Shown piece by piece: positions 30,781 through 39,974 of a stretch of DNA of 64,000 nucleotides; positions within the stretch are counted from its first letter, which is position 1; each line of letters opens with the position of its first letter. The notes beneath the pieces are model-generated. The model searched no databases, had not been told where the DNA came from, and saw only the letters and a list, made by a program, of their open reading frames with translations. The DNA is from Escherichia phage IME08: the sequence record NC_014260.1; one strand, written 5' to 3'. The translations under genes were made by a program, and so were the position numbers.

Positions 30781-32865
30781 TTACCCTTGGATGAATTTTT
30801 CTGGGATGTCATAGAGGTCTATGCATGAAGCCAAAAGAGGCAGTACATCAAACCGTGTAGATTTGACAAATGAATCAAAAGATACAGGGCTTTCGGAAGT
30901 ATCGAAGTCATCTTGATATACGACCAACTCGCCGGTTTCCATTAGTACGTCACCATCATACACCACAGATTCTTGAAGCTCATCTGTCGTCATAACTTCA
31001 GCTTGGATGAGTTTTGTATTATTAGATGTTGTTCCGTCATTATTAGAAGCATCTGTTATTTTATTAACTTTGACCATCAATCCGCGCGGTAGAATAACTT
31101 CAGCTTCTGTTGCTATTCCGAGACTTCCTGGATATACAACATTGACTTTATGAGCCCCATCAATCGCCCATCCTATTTGAACTTTAACGTAATCAGGATT
31201 TTCTTTATACGCTCTTATTTCATTAGGATTAATAGTTATTCCTTCTTCATTTTTATCGACTGTCAATTCATCGCGAACTTCCGGTTCTAAAAGACCAATA
31301 CCAGCGTGTGTAACACCAAATCGTCCAAAAATGATAGGGGTTAAAGAAGTAGATACAAAATTTCTGAAATAGAACACTTTATTTTTAACTAGTGCTTCGT
31401 ATATAGGAGCAGTCATACTCTGTGCACGATAAACTGTGATGCCTTCTGGTATACGGTCACCGTTTTCAAAAGCAGAATCCAAATTATTGACTGCAGATTC
31501 AATAGATTTTTCGTTCATTACATCATAGTTATGAGGATTATAGCGTCCTAAAAGAAGATTATTGATGTCTGTATATCCAGAACCACAATATTCTCTGATG
31601 CCGCGCTTTTGTGATGGGGTATATTTAGAGCCCTCACGAGCAATAGTAATATCGACCATAATACCGCCGCCCACACCAGCAAAACTATATACGCGTTTTT
31701 TAATGAATTTGGTCTTGGCTGCTTTCCACTTGGACTCGGTCAATTCATTCCAGAGGTCGTCGGGTTGGCCTTTACGAGTTTTGTTATGCTGGGCCAACCA
31801 TTCGCCTTTGTATTCTTCGAAAACGGTATTAATAACAGAGGCATATTTTTCTAGAGCTTTAACAGATGTCAAAGGTTCGTTTTTGATGGCTGTAAGAATT
31901 TTCTCTTTAATTTTCTCTTGGATTTCACCTATACCATGAAGAGGAAACATTTTATAATCGTAATGCAACTCTTCAGCAGTGCCTTCGGCTACTATATTAG
32001 CCACCTTATTTTTAGCCGCAGGAGAATTGTTATTAGTAACCATTTCCTGAGCCTCAGGGATTAATGGAGCTGTTGCCGGTTTATTAAAATCTACGGCAGT
32101 TGCTTCATATTTCTTAAACAGTTCACTTTCATTACGATAAGATTCTAACGATTGACTTGCTGCAATGGCACGACGAGAAATCTTAGTCTTGGTTATAACC
32201 ATTTTATCAGTGCGACGTTCTTCAACTTTAGCAATACTGCCGGCAATAGCAGTTTCTTTAGTAACCTGCACACCTTCTTTTTTAGAAATATAAACTTCAC
32301 CGACATCAGAATCTACCTTAGTGTATAATTCGGCATTAATTCCTGGCATACCTTTGATATCTTCGATATCAGCTTGTTTACGAACTACTAAGATATAAGT
32401 ATGTTTACCAGTAAATTGGTACATAGCCGGAACTACTTTAAAACGTCCACCGGTTTTCTGTGCTACCAAACGTTGGATAATACGTTGGACAATAGGGCCT
32501 TGTCCTTTCATTTTCTTGGTAGGAAAACGGAACATGATGGCATCCATACGAAGCTTTTTAACTTGTTCGAATACTACGTCGAAAATGGTATTAATGGCAT
32601 CAATAGGAGTAGGGCCTAAGCCGCCTTTAAGTTCAGCAGGAGAACCTTTAGCCGAAAGGCTCATAAGGATAACGTGGGCATATTTGTCACCTAATTTAAC
32701 TTGTTTAATGGCATCGCCTTCAGAAGCGTAGGACACCATACGCGCCACTAATTGAGACTCTACGTCTCCAATCTTCCAAATCTGTGGTACTTTAAGTTTA
32801 GGGTTCAAGTTTACTGTAGGCAGTGTGCCTTCGGACTCAAACACTTCATTTAATTGTTCGGTCAT
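30781..32865 (-). CDS. alt: Alt-family mono-ADP-ribosyltransferase paralog 2
   Basis: 694 aa; motifs YRAQ, FVSTS, TEAEV; adjacent to DNA ligase gene region as T4 alt. Confidence 0.8.
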   Translation of the reverse strand: MTEQLNEVFESEGTLPTVNLNPKLKVPQIWKIGDVESQLVARMVSYASEGDAIKQVKLGDKYAHVILMSLSAKGSPAELKGGLGPTPIDAINTIFDVVFEQVKKLRMDAIMFRFPTKKMKGQGPIVQRIIQRLVAQKTGGRFKVVPAMYQFTGKHTYILVVRKQADIEDIKGMPGINAELYTKVDSDVGEVYISKKEGVQVTKETAIAGSIAKVEERRTDKMVITKTKISRRAIAASQSLESYRNESELFKKYEATAVDFNKPATAPLIPEAQEMVTNNNSPAAKNKVANIVAEGTAEELHYDYKMFPLHGIGEIQEKIKEKILTAIKNEPLTSVKALEKYASVINTVFEEYKGEWLAQHNKTRKGQPDDLWNELTESKWKAAKTKFIKKRVYSFAGVGGGIMVDITIAREGSKYTPSQKRGIREYCGSGYTDINNLLLGRYNPHNYDVMNEKSIESAVNNLDSAFENGDRIPEGITVYRAQSMTAPIYEALVKNKVFYFRNFVSTSLTPIIFGRFGVTHAGIGLLEPEVRDELTVDKNEEGITINPNEIRAYKENPDYVKVQIGWAIDGAHKVNVVYPGSLGIATEAEVILPRGLMVKVNKITDASNNDGTTSNNTKLIQAEVMTTDELQESVVYDGDVLMETGELVVYQDDFDTSESPVSFDSFVKSTRFDVLPLLASCIDLYDIPEKFIQG

Positions 32866-32887
32866 AATAATTCCTCTTTAATAACCT

Positions 32888-32895
32888 TATTTATG
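32888..32895 (-). promoter_or_regulatory. Late-promoter-like CATAAATA upstream of Alt paralog 2
   Basis: One mismatch to TATAAATA, about 22 nt before ATG, followed by AGAGGA RBS. Confidence 0.3.
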
Positions 32896-32901
32896 CCAGA
32901 A

Positions 32902-32917
32902 AAGGCCCGAAGGCCTT
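32902..32917 (-). terminator. Hairpin terminator downstream of the small gene at 32916-33089
   Basis: AAGGCC-TTCG-GGCCTT on minus strand followed by TTTCT. Confidence 0.45.
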
Positions 32918-33089
32918 AAAGTGGTAGCAACGTACGGTATACTTCGAATGTCGGGCCTTTTTCGTAGCCATCAAAGACCTCAATAAATTTATTATATGCG
33001 GCTTCATCTATGAATTCTAAAATGGTTTGAGAAACGGCTGGGGCAGCCGTAGTATGCGATATTACAATTGTTTCTAAATAAGCTTTCAT
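32916..33089 (-). CDS. Hypothetical small protein
   Basis: Start set to internal Met just past ligase stop; 57 aa. Confidence 0.35.
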   Translation of the reverse strand: MKAYLETIVISHTTAAPAVSQTILEFIDEAAYNKFIEVFDGYEKGPTFEVYRTLLPL

Positions 33090-33090
33090 A

Positions 33091-34596
33091 TTATAGTCCA
33101 GTTTGAGACCAATCACCGAATACATCTTCAAATGTATCAGCTTCTGTTTTATCGAAACGCCAACCTTTAATGATTGGAAGGAAAATACCTACAGTATCTG
33201 TACGTCCTTTAGAATGAACCCAACCATTACATTCACAGTCAGCAATACGTCCAATCAACTTACCTTCACGAGCTTGTTTCATAAGAAGTTCACGGTCTAA
33301 ATCAGGACGGTCTTCCAATGGAATCAATACCTTTTTACCTGATTTATCTTTCTTATGGGTGGTATCTTTAAAGCCTGAACCACAGTCACTTGTAATTCGT
33401 CGACAACGTGATACCAACTCGACCCCACCTAGTTTGTTAGGGTCCTTCGAGTGTTCATAATAACCTACTACTTCTAAAGCGATATCGATTACTTCTTTGA
33501 ACTTGATAAGATTCTTAGAACGGCGGTTTTCCCAGTAGGAGTCCATGTTCTTAAGGATAATGCCTTCCAGACCTTGGTCGACATATTTTTTATAAACGAC
33601 TTTAGCTTCTTCAAGATTATTAACCCATTGCGTTTCGATAGGCTCGACACGTGTAAAGCCTTCAGCCATTTGTACTAATGCCGCTAAACGAACATCGTAT
33701 TTTTGACCTTTAATTTTGCCTTCAGAATAAACTTCATCCAGTGGAACAAAGTCCCATGCCTGTAATACCATACCATCGGCTTCAGCCGGAGTAATAGTTC
33801 CTTGAAGAGCCTTGTTAGCCAAGCCGTTTGAAGTAGAACGATCAGCGACAGTTTGGAATTCCTTAGCCTTACTTAATTCAGGAAGTTCCTCATCAAACAT
33901 ACTAAACAAATCATTAGATGCTTTAGGTTCTACTTTAGGAGTATGGTAAACTAATTCACCATCAATCATAACCCCATTAGGATGGCGTTGTCGAGCTTCT
34001 TCGGTCATTTTAATAAGTTCGGCTGCAAGCTTAGTAAGCCCTTGATATTCATTACCACCACGAGTAAGGAATGTCACCCCATCGTTACGAACTTCGGCAA
34101 AACAACGAGCACCGTCAGCTTTTAATTGAGCAAACGCTGGCCATTTAATATTTTTCTTAATTAAAGCTTCATCATAAGAACTAGCTAACATTTGAGGTTG
34201 TTCAGGGATTAAACCTTTCCAAACCTTGTTAGCAATAGAAATCGATGCACCGCATTCAAGGTCACGCATCATTACACGACGTAATACCTCGGCATCCGAG
34301 GCCTTAGCATCAGCAATGATTTGAGCCAGTTCTTCAATAGCCGCATTACCCGTAATCTTACGGGTGGCTAATGTGAACTCTGCGAAATCAAGAAGGTCTT
34401 CAAGAGTAATCATACCAAAGGATTGAGACGTAAATCCAGGTTCTGGCCACTTTTTAATGCCATAGTTTAAACGACGGGTATAAGCCATACGATAAACACG
34501 TTTCAGAAGCTCATCGTCCTTTTCACGAGCAATAATGGCTTCTTTAGCTTTAGTAGAATCAATAGCAGCAATTTCGTTTAAGATATCTAAAATCAT
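33091..34596 (-). CDS. 30: ATP-dependent DNA ligase gp30
   Basis: Matches recalled T4 ligase; KADGARC adenylation motif; start at MILDILNEIA. Confidence 0.93.
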   Translation of the reverse strand: MILDILNEIAAIDSTKAKEAIIAREKDDELLKRVYRMAYTRRLNYGIKKWPEPGFTSQSFGMITLEDLLDFAEFTLATRKITGNAAIEELAQIIADAKASDAEVLRRVMMRDLECGASISIANKVWKGLIPEQPQMLASSYDEALIKKNIKWPAFAQLKADGARCFAEVRNDGVTFLTRGGNEYQGLTKLAAELIKMTEEARQRHPNGVMIDGELVYHTPKVEPKASNDLFSMFDEELPELSKAKEFQTVADRSTSNGLANKALQGTITPAEADGMVLQAWDFVPLDEVYSEGKIKGQKYDVRLAALVQMAEGFTRVEPIETQWVNNLEEAKVVYKKYVDQGLEGIILKNMDSYWENRRSKNLIKFKEVIDIALEVVGYYEHSKDPNKLGGVELVSRCRRITSDCGSGFKDTTHKKDKSGKKVLIPLEDRPDLDRELLMKQAREGKLIGRIADCECNGWVHSKGRTDTVGIFLPIIKGWRFDKTEADTFEDVFGDWSQTGL

Positions 34597-34606
34597 AATC
34601 ACCTCA

Positions 34607-34885
34607 TTAGTCATGGATTCTATTATAAGCCACATCGGCCAAAAGCAAGTCTAATCGCTTATGATAAGAGAACACAAATCTCATTCGCCCGTCAGATTTA
34701 ATTTTGGACATAAAATGGACATAAATGAATCCCTGTTCGACGCATTCGCGCCAAACAGGATGGTCTTTAGCCGGATTTACATCAAATGAGTAATCATGAT
34801 TCACATGACGAATAAACTGGTTTACATGACCATAATCCATTGTAGTGGTAGGACCATAGTCTGAAATTGTATGAACTACAAACAT
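34607..34885 (-). CDS. Hypothetical protein (30.1-like)
   Basis: ORF, start adjusted to avoid 32-nt overlap. Confidence 0.45.
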   Translation of the reverse strand: MFVVHTISDYGPTTTMDYGHVNQFIRHVNHDYSFDVNPAKDHPVWRECVEQGFIYVHFMSKIKSDGRMRFVFSYHKRLDLLLADVAYNRIHD

Positions 34886-34886
34886 A

Positions 34887-35525
34887 TTAACCTCGAGCAA
34901 TCCATTCAACTGCGGCATTATTACGAAGGGATTCGATTGCTGCGATATCGTCCCATGAATTAACCTTTACGGCTAAATTAGGTTTAAAGTCACGTTCACC
35001 ACGAGCTAACCAATAAACTTGGATATCCATGAGAACATTAGATGCTGCATCGCAGTGGTGAGCCAAATCATCAACATAAAACTTAATACGTTTACCGTAT
35101 GTATTTTTAGCTCTTATGAACAAGTCTTCTTTTGATTCTGAATGACCACACATCAGAATCTCCTTGAATGCGCCAGGGAACAAAGCATTCAAATTGAATT
35201 GTCTATTCAGCAGGGCATCAATTGAGTCGCCTAGCGCAGTCACGGCTACAAAATCGAAGTCTTTTTTGAGCTTGTTGATATGTTTTAATGCGTCCATGTA
35301 AGGAGACAGATAACGAATAAAATCCGACTGATTATATTTCTCGATTAAACGAGCGCCCAATTCATTATCACAATTAAACAGCTCGCCTGGAGATAAGAAA
35401 CGTTCGTCCTGAATCATATTCAAAATATGTTCTAAAGGCAAATTATATTTCTGTGCGAAATAAGGCAAGCCGGACTGCCAACTTAAACATACTCCATCGA
35501 TATCTGTTAAGATAACTGGTTTCAT
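34887..35525 (-). CDS. HAD-superfamily hydrolase-like protein (30.2-like)
   Basis: N-terminal ILTDIDGV matches HAD motif I (DxDG). Confidence 0.5.
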   Translation of the reverse strand: MKPVILTDIDGVCLSWQSGLPYFAQKYNLPLEHILNMIQDERFLSPGELFNCDNELGARLIEKYNQSDFIRYLSPYMDALKHINKLKKDFDFVAVTALGDSIDALLNRQFNLNALFPGAFKEILMCGHSESKEDLFIRAKNTYGKRIKFYVDDLAHHCDAASNVLMDIQVYWLARGERDFKPNLAVKVNSWDDIAAIESLRNNAAVEWIARG

Positions 35526-35989
35526 AATAAATCTCTCAATTTGTTTAGGATGTCGATAAACTCTTTTTCAGTTAGTATTGTATCACATTCTGTAAGGTGG
35601 CTTGCCATCGAATGCTTTAAAACTTTACCTTTAGTGGCTTGTAACGCATCGCGGAATCCTTTGTTCTGGAGCGCTGCTTCAAAATACGCACTTTCGTAAA
35701 GCTCTTTCCACGCTGTGGAATATCTTGAAAACGGAGTTCCAAGCCAGAACAACGTACCACGGTCCTGAGCTCTAGCATAAGCTCGTCCAGCTTGCTGAGC
35801 GGCCAACCCGGACATCCCAAATATACGTCTTTGTTGTTCAACATTTTTCACCTTACACCCTTGGAGGAATCCTTCGAGTCCACCAAATTGGATACCATCC
35901 ATAACGAAAGGCCATTTAGCAAAGTTACTTAATGCGCATGATGGCCACGGAAAGTTGCTTCTGATTTCTAACTCAGACATCTTTGACAC
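35522..35989 (-). CDS. NADAR/YbiA-like (DUF1768-type) domain protein (30.3-like)
   Basis: SNFxxWPF...GxxFxxxEgxxQ pattern typical of YbiA/NADAR family; assignment from motif recall only. Confidence 0.5.
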   Translation of the reverse strand: MSKMSELEIRSNFPWPSCALSNFAKWPFVMDGIQFGGLEGFLQGCKVKNVEQQRRIFGMSGLAAQQAGRAYARAQDRGTLFWLGTPFSRYSTAWKELYESAYFEAALQNKGFRDALQATKGKVLKHSMASHLTECDTILTEKEFIDILNKLRDLL

Positions 35990-36185
35990 TTACTACATCA
36001 ACGTTTGCCCAATGTCCATAACTAGGTAGACGGTCTTTAATAGATAATCCACCGTCAGATTTCAGCATTTTAATTGTTTTAGTATATGGTTCAATATTTC
36101 GGGCCCATGGACTCCCGTCTGTTACGCGATAAGTCACTTCGACCATTTCCGTACCTAATAATTTCTGAATCAATTTCTTAACCAT
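35973..36185 (-). CDS. Hypothetical protein
   Basis: 70 aa ORF in operon context. Confidence 0.4.
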   Translation of the reverse strand: MVKKLIQKLLGTEMVEVTYRVTDGSPWARNIEPYTKTIKMLKSDGGLSIKDRLPSYGHWANVDVVSVKDV

Positions 36186-36186
36186 A

Positions 36187-36381
36187 TTATCCTCGCTTTA
36201 AACATTTGATTACAGACAGTTCACCACCCATACGAACATCTTCAGTTCCATCGACCCATAGGACGGTGTAGGCTTCTTTAATAGTAACATTACCTAATTT
36301 AAAAGCAGGTATAACCTTTGAAATCATGCCAGGAATACCTACACCTTTTAATTGGACTGTTTGCGATAAGAATAGTTGCAT
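36187..36381 (-). CDS. Hypothetical protein
   Basis: 64 aa ORF in operon context. Confidence 0.4.
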   Translation of the reverse strand: MQLFLSQTVQLKGVGIPGMISKVIPAFKLGNVTIKEAYTVLWVDGTEDVRMGGELSVIKCLKRG

Positions 36382-36668
36382 TAGAACCTCATCTGAAAGC
36401 CATGTGATTTAACATTACCGCCATAGATGTCAGATGTATTGACTTCACGTGCAGCGCTCGGGTCGATATTGATATCATGGTTGAGCTTAGTGATTGCTAG
36501 GGTATCACGACCATTAACAGTACGGAATTCTACTGGGCACACAGCATCAGCATAAGCCTTAATAGATTCACGAGTAGGTTGTTTGTCGGCAGGAACGTCT
36601 TTACCTGCTTTAGAGAAAACAACTTCACAGAAATTTTTACGAGTATCAAAATAAGTGGTCATAAACAT
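36381..36668 (-). CDS. Hypothetical protein
   Basis: Start set to MFMTT with GAGGA RBS; upstream extension overlaps terminator hairpin. Confidence 0.45.
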   Translation of the reverse strand: MFMTTYFDTRKNFCEVVFSKAGKDVPADKQPTRESIKAYADAVCPVEFRTVNGRDTLAITKLNHDINIDPSAAREVNTSDIYGGNVKSHGFQMRF

Positions 36669-36683
36669 AATATTTTCCTCAAA

Positions 36684-36699
36684 GGAGGCCGAAGCCTCC
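36684..36699 (-). terminator. Intercistronic hairpin
   Basis: GGAGGC-TTCG-GCCTCC then TTTGAGG. Confidence 0.4.
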
Positions 36700-36709
36700 A
36701 TTTTTAAGA

Positions 36710-37075
36710 TTAGATATCGAATTCGTTCAGAACTACATCAAAGATTGCTTCCAGGTGTTCAGGTTTAGCTCGGTTGCTCAGGATGTGACGAATCCAAGTT
36801 TTAACCAGAAGCTTACGATTATCACCGTTCCAGCAAGGATGGGTACCTAAATCACGTTGACGGAAATCGTCATCTAAAGCGATTTTAAAAGTAGAACCTT
36901 CCATTGTGATTGAAACCGTAATACCATTTTCAAAGCGCATATAAACGTAGTTAGGAGTCATGCACTGTTCGATTTCGCACACTGTACCGTTGTTGTGTTT
37001 CCACAGGCAAATAACTTCAGAAGAACCAGCGATACCGTTAGAAACATATTTACGTTCGAAGTTGATGTAGTTCAT
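36710..37075 (-). CDS. Hypothetical early protein
   Basis: 121 aa ORF with own early promoter and GGAGAA RBS. Confidence 0.55.
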   Translation of the reverse strand: MNYINFERKYVSNGIAGSSEVICLWKHNNGTVCEIEQCMTPNYVYMRFENGITVSITMEGSTFKIALDDDFRQRDLGTHPCWNGDNRKLLVKTWIRHILSNRAKPEHLEAIFDVVLNEFDI

Positions 37076-37116
37076 TTTATTCTCCAGTTTGTTTTCGTAT
37101 TATTTGGTACAGGTCT

Positions 37117-37145
37117 ATAATAACACAACCTGTACCAAAGTAAAC
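37117..37145 (-). promoter_or_regulatory. Early promoter GTTTAC-N17-TATTAT
   Basis: Minus strand GTTTACTTTGGTACAGGTTGTGTTATTAT. Confidence 0.5.
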
Positions 37146-37149
37146 TGTT

Positions 37150-37518
37150 TTATGCAACTTTAATCCAATTATCTAAATTTAATTCACCTTTGGCTTTCAT
37201 TTTTTCAATCAAATCATCGGCAGTGGTGCGACCATTTTGATACCATGTAACATCTTCAGAATAACCGGTTTCTTCATCTTCATAGGTCTTACAACGAATC
37301 TTACCGGTTATGATAGTTTTCAGTTCGTAGGTATCACCGGTAAAAAAGTTTGTTACCATAATTTTCCAAGAGAAGTCATCAGAAGGACCTTCCGGAGTCA
37401 TGCAACCTACAAATTCAAATTGTTCTTTGTACAAGCGCCATTGCATTTCTTTAGTTTCGATTGCTTTGTAACCGTCGTGGTCTTTACATTTGATATATGA
37501 GTTAAGATTGATTTTCAT
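37150..37518 (-). CDS. Hypothetical early protein
   Basis: 122 aa ORF with own promoter, same leader sequence as neighbour. Confidence 0.55.
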   Translation of the reverse strand: MKINLNSYIKCKDHDGYKAIETKEMQWRLYKEQFEFVGCMTPEGPSDDFSWKIMVTNFFTGDTYELKTIITGKIRCKTYEDEETGYSEDVTWYQNGRTTADDLIEKMKAKGELNLDNWIKVA

Positions 37519-37559
37519 TTTATTCTCCAGTTTGTTTTTGTATTATTTGGTACATGTCT

Positions 37560-37589
37560 ATAGTATCATGCCTACCGGAGATGTACACC
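37560..37589 (-). promoter_or_regulatory. Early promoter (GTGTAC-N18-TACTAT)
   Basis: Same architecture and downstream ATAGAC element as other early promoters. Confidence 0.4.
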
Positions 37590-37616
37590 CTTTTTTAAAG
37601 ATTTAGAAACAAAAAT

Positions 37617-37634
37617 GGGACTCCGAAGAGTCCC
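37617..37634 (-). terminator. Rho-independent terminator
   Basis: GGGACTC-TTCG-GAGTCCC followed by ATTTTTG on minus strand. Confidence 0.6.
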
Positions 37635-37639
37635 ATAAC

Positions 37640-37801
37640 TTATGCCTGAGGCTTACCAAAGCAAGCAGCATCTGCACGCAATACTGCACGAGCACGAGCT
37701 TGAAGCTTATCAACTACCTGATTGATACGCTTGTTGGACGCACGCTTGTAACCAGCGCGTTTAGAGGTACCGTCAACTACTTTAACTTCTTTCTTGGCCA
37801 T
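37640..37801 (-). CDS. Small basic protein (53 aa; 30.9-like), not in ORF track
   Basis: Own translation MAKKEVKVVDGTSKRAGYKRASNKR...; directly followed by terminator. Confidence 0.4.
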   Translation of the reverse strand: MAKKEVKVVDGTSKRAGYKRASNKRINQVVDKLQARARAVLRADAACFGKPQA

Positions 37802-38128
37802 TTTAAATCTCTTAAATTAGAATGCAGGACTTATTGGCGTTGCCTGCGCAAGCCCTCAAGGGGAACATAGGTTTCGGATATTTAACGACAGGATAACCAT
37901 AAACCTCGTCATCATACCAACCACGGCTTAGACAGATAACCTTTTTCTGACGCGTGATAGTACAAAATACATTCAAGAGGTACACCGTAAAACTGTCGGG
38001 GTCTTAAAACTATAATGATTCGCAAATCATTAATCAAACAGTTCGACGGCTCCTCGGATGATATTAAAGACAACATACAAGCAGGTATCATATTATAGTG
38101 GAGGTACCTGCCAACATCCACTTAAAAC

Positions 38129-38377
38129 TTACTTCAGGGTAATAATAAAATGACGTACTGCTTTACGAGCTGCTGAAGCCAAAGGCTTAGCAAATTTCAG
38201 TTCATCTTTAGCTTCCAGTTCAGCAGCCAGAGTAGCCTGAGCAGGATTCAGATGTTTGAAATAACGCAGGATTTCCAGTGCTTCGGCTTCAACATCAATA
38301 GATGCGCCGTAGTTTTCGTGACCGTTGTTCCAAGCGTTGCGTTGCAGTTCAAGAGCGTGATTCAGTTGTTTGTTCAT
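38129..38377 (-). CDS. rIII: rIII lysis inhibition accessory protein
   Basis: 82 aa, position downstream of gene 31 as in T4. Confidence 0.7.
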   Translation of the reverse strand: MNKQLNHALELQRNAWNNGHENYGASIDVEAEALEILRYFKHLNPAQATLAAELEAKDELKFAKPLASAARKAVRHFIITLK

Positions 38378-38514
38378 TTTAGTTTCTCAATTCGAGATAA
38401 AGATTGGCGAGCACGTTCGTCTCAGTATTCCAGCTGAGTTGTATCTCGCCGTATGGAAGAGGCTAACCCCATACACCAACCGAAGTTCTGTATGACATCA
38501 ACCTCTTCGTAATT

Positions 38515-38838
38515 TTATTTATACAAGCAAGGAATTGCTTTATAGTGGCAGGTAACGAATTTTTGTTTAATTTCTTTAGGCTGTTTAATACCCAATGCAA
38601 CTAAAGGATGAGGCACGTTAGCAATCTTACCAACAGGAAGTGGAGTCAAATCGCCTACTTCACAAAAACCTTCAGGGACATCAGGTCCTACAGAATAAAT
38701 TTCACAAAGTTCAGGGATTTCACCTTGATGAAGTTTGCCAATAACGATACCAGATGCAGTAGTTTCTTCATCACCAGCTTGTTTTGGTTCGGAAACGAGA
38801 ATAACATATTCTCCGACCGCTTTAATAGGAAGTTCCAT
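38515..38838 (-). CDS. 31: Co-chaperonin gp31 (GroES analogue)
   Basis: Matches recalled T4 gp31 almost throughout ([18 protein letters not shown]...[15 protein letters not shown]). Confidence 0.93.
   Translation of the reverse strand: MELPIKAVGEYVILVSEPKQAGDEETTASGIVIGKLHQGEIPELCEIYSVGPDVPEGFCEVGDLTPLPVGKIANVPHPLVALGIKQPKEIKQKFVTCHYKAIPCLYK
38516..38523 (-). promoter_or_regulatory. Late promoter TATAAATA upstream of rIII
   Basis: Minus strand TATAAATA immediately after gp31 stop. Confidence 0.4.
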
Positions 38839-38896
38839 ATTTAATCCATATTGTTTTGTTGATAGATTAATAATAACACGCTATTCTTAAAGCATA

Positions 38897-39193
38897 TTAC
38901 AGGACAAGCAGAGTTTCGGTCTGAAGCCCATTAACAGAAATCAGCTTATCGAAACGGAATGAGCGCCATTGTTGAAGGTCGACATCAAAAACATATAGAG
39001 AATTACGTGGGCCCTGTTTACCTGTTTGAGATTTGAAGTCTTCCTTTTTAGGAAGAAGGTCTAAGTCCCGAGTACATTTAAGACGACGAATATTACCATT
39101 AATCTTTTCAAACACCACTTCGTGAGTGCCTACAGACAGGATGGTTTTTACTTTTTCACATAGACGAATTGTTTCTTGTTCAGTTAAAATCAT
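38897..39193 (-). CDS. Hypothetical protein
   Basis: 98 aa ORF. Confidence 0.45.
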   Translation of the reverse strand: MILTEQETIRLCEKVKTILSVGTHEVVFEKINGNIRRLKCTRDLDLLPKKEDFKSQTGKQGPRNSLYVFDVDLQQWRSFRFDKLISVNGLQTETLLVL

Positions 39194-39195
39194 AA

Positions 39196-39429
39196 TTATT
39201 CCAGAATAGTTTTGATAGTGGTTGCATTACGCTCTTTTAGAGCTCTTAATAGATTATGACAATTATCAAGAATAGGCACCGTTTTATATTTCATTTCGGC
39301 GCGAACCCACTCGGATTTATAGTACGATTTCCAACGAGAGAAAAAGTACTTTTTATATTCTACTGAATAGGCTATCAGGTTTTCACCTTTTGAGTTCAGG
39401 CCTGAAAATTTAACTAGACGAAATTTCAT
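39196..39429 (-). CDS. Hypothetical protein
   Basis: 77 aa ORF. Confidence 0.45.
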   Translation of the reverse strand: MKFRLVKFSGLNSKGENLIAYSVEYKKYFFSRWKSYYKSEWVRAEMKYKTVPILDNCHNLLRALKERNATTIKTILE

Positions 39430-39974
39430 TATTCACCACAATAGTTTTGAATTGATTCCCAGTTCAAAGAACGGAGACCTGTACGATTATACTGGATAAC
39501 TTCGATGCCTGATTCACGGAGGATATCGTCCCAACCTTCAGGATTTCGGTCATAGAGCTCAGCATAAACCAGTGTTTTAATTCCGGACTGCGCAATAGAC
39601 TTAGCACAATCAGCGCACGGAGATAACGTCACGTACATCGTAGCGCCATCAATAGAACTTCCGGTACGAGCTGCAAACAAAATAGCATTCAGTTCAGCAT
39701 GGATTTCATTTTTAGATGACCATGCAGCGTGAGCCATACGGTGTTCTTTAAGAAGAACCGATTTATGCGACATTCGAGCTGGGTCATACACAACACGAGT
39801 CCAGTCCTGTTCCACAGCGTGGTCGCAACAGTTAACACCACCGGATGGTGAACCATTATAGCCTGTAGAGATAATGCGACCATTCTTTTCGATAACCGCA
39901 CCCACTTTCCATGAACAACATTTTGATTCTTGAGAAATCAGATATGCAATCTGAAGGTATGTGCTTGCTTTCAT
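39429..39974 (-). CDS. cd: dCMP deaminase
   Basis: HAELNAI and SPCADC zinc-binding motifs of cytidine/dCMP deaminases. Confidence 0.92.
   Translation of the reverse strand: MKASTYLQIAYLISQESKCCSWKVGAVIEKNGRIISTGYNGSPSGGVNCCDHAVEQDWTRVVYDPARMSHKSVLLKEHRMAHAAWSSKNEIHAELNAILFAARTGSSIDGATMYVTLSPCADCAKSIAQSGIKTLVYAELYDRNPEGWDDILRESGIEVIQYNRTGLRSLNWESIQNYCGE

Noticed and set aside
37912-38121. 69-aa minus-strand ORF in the rIII-downstream gap
   Set aside because: No ribosome-binding site, Cys/Leu/Ile-rich implausible composition, overlaps inverted repeats; region more likely non-coding
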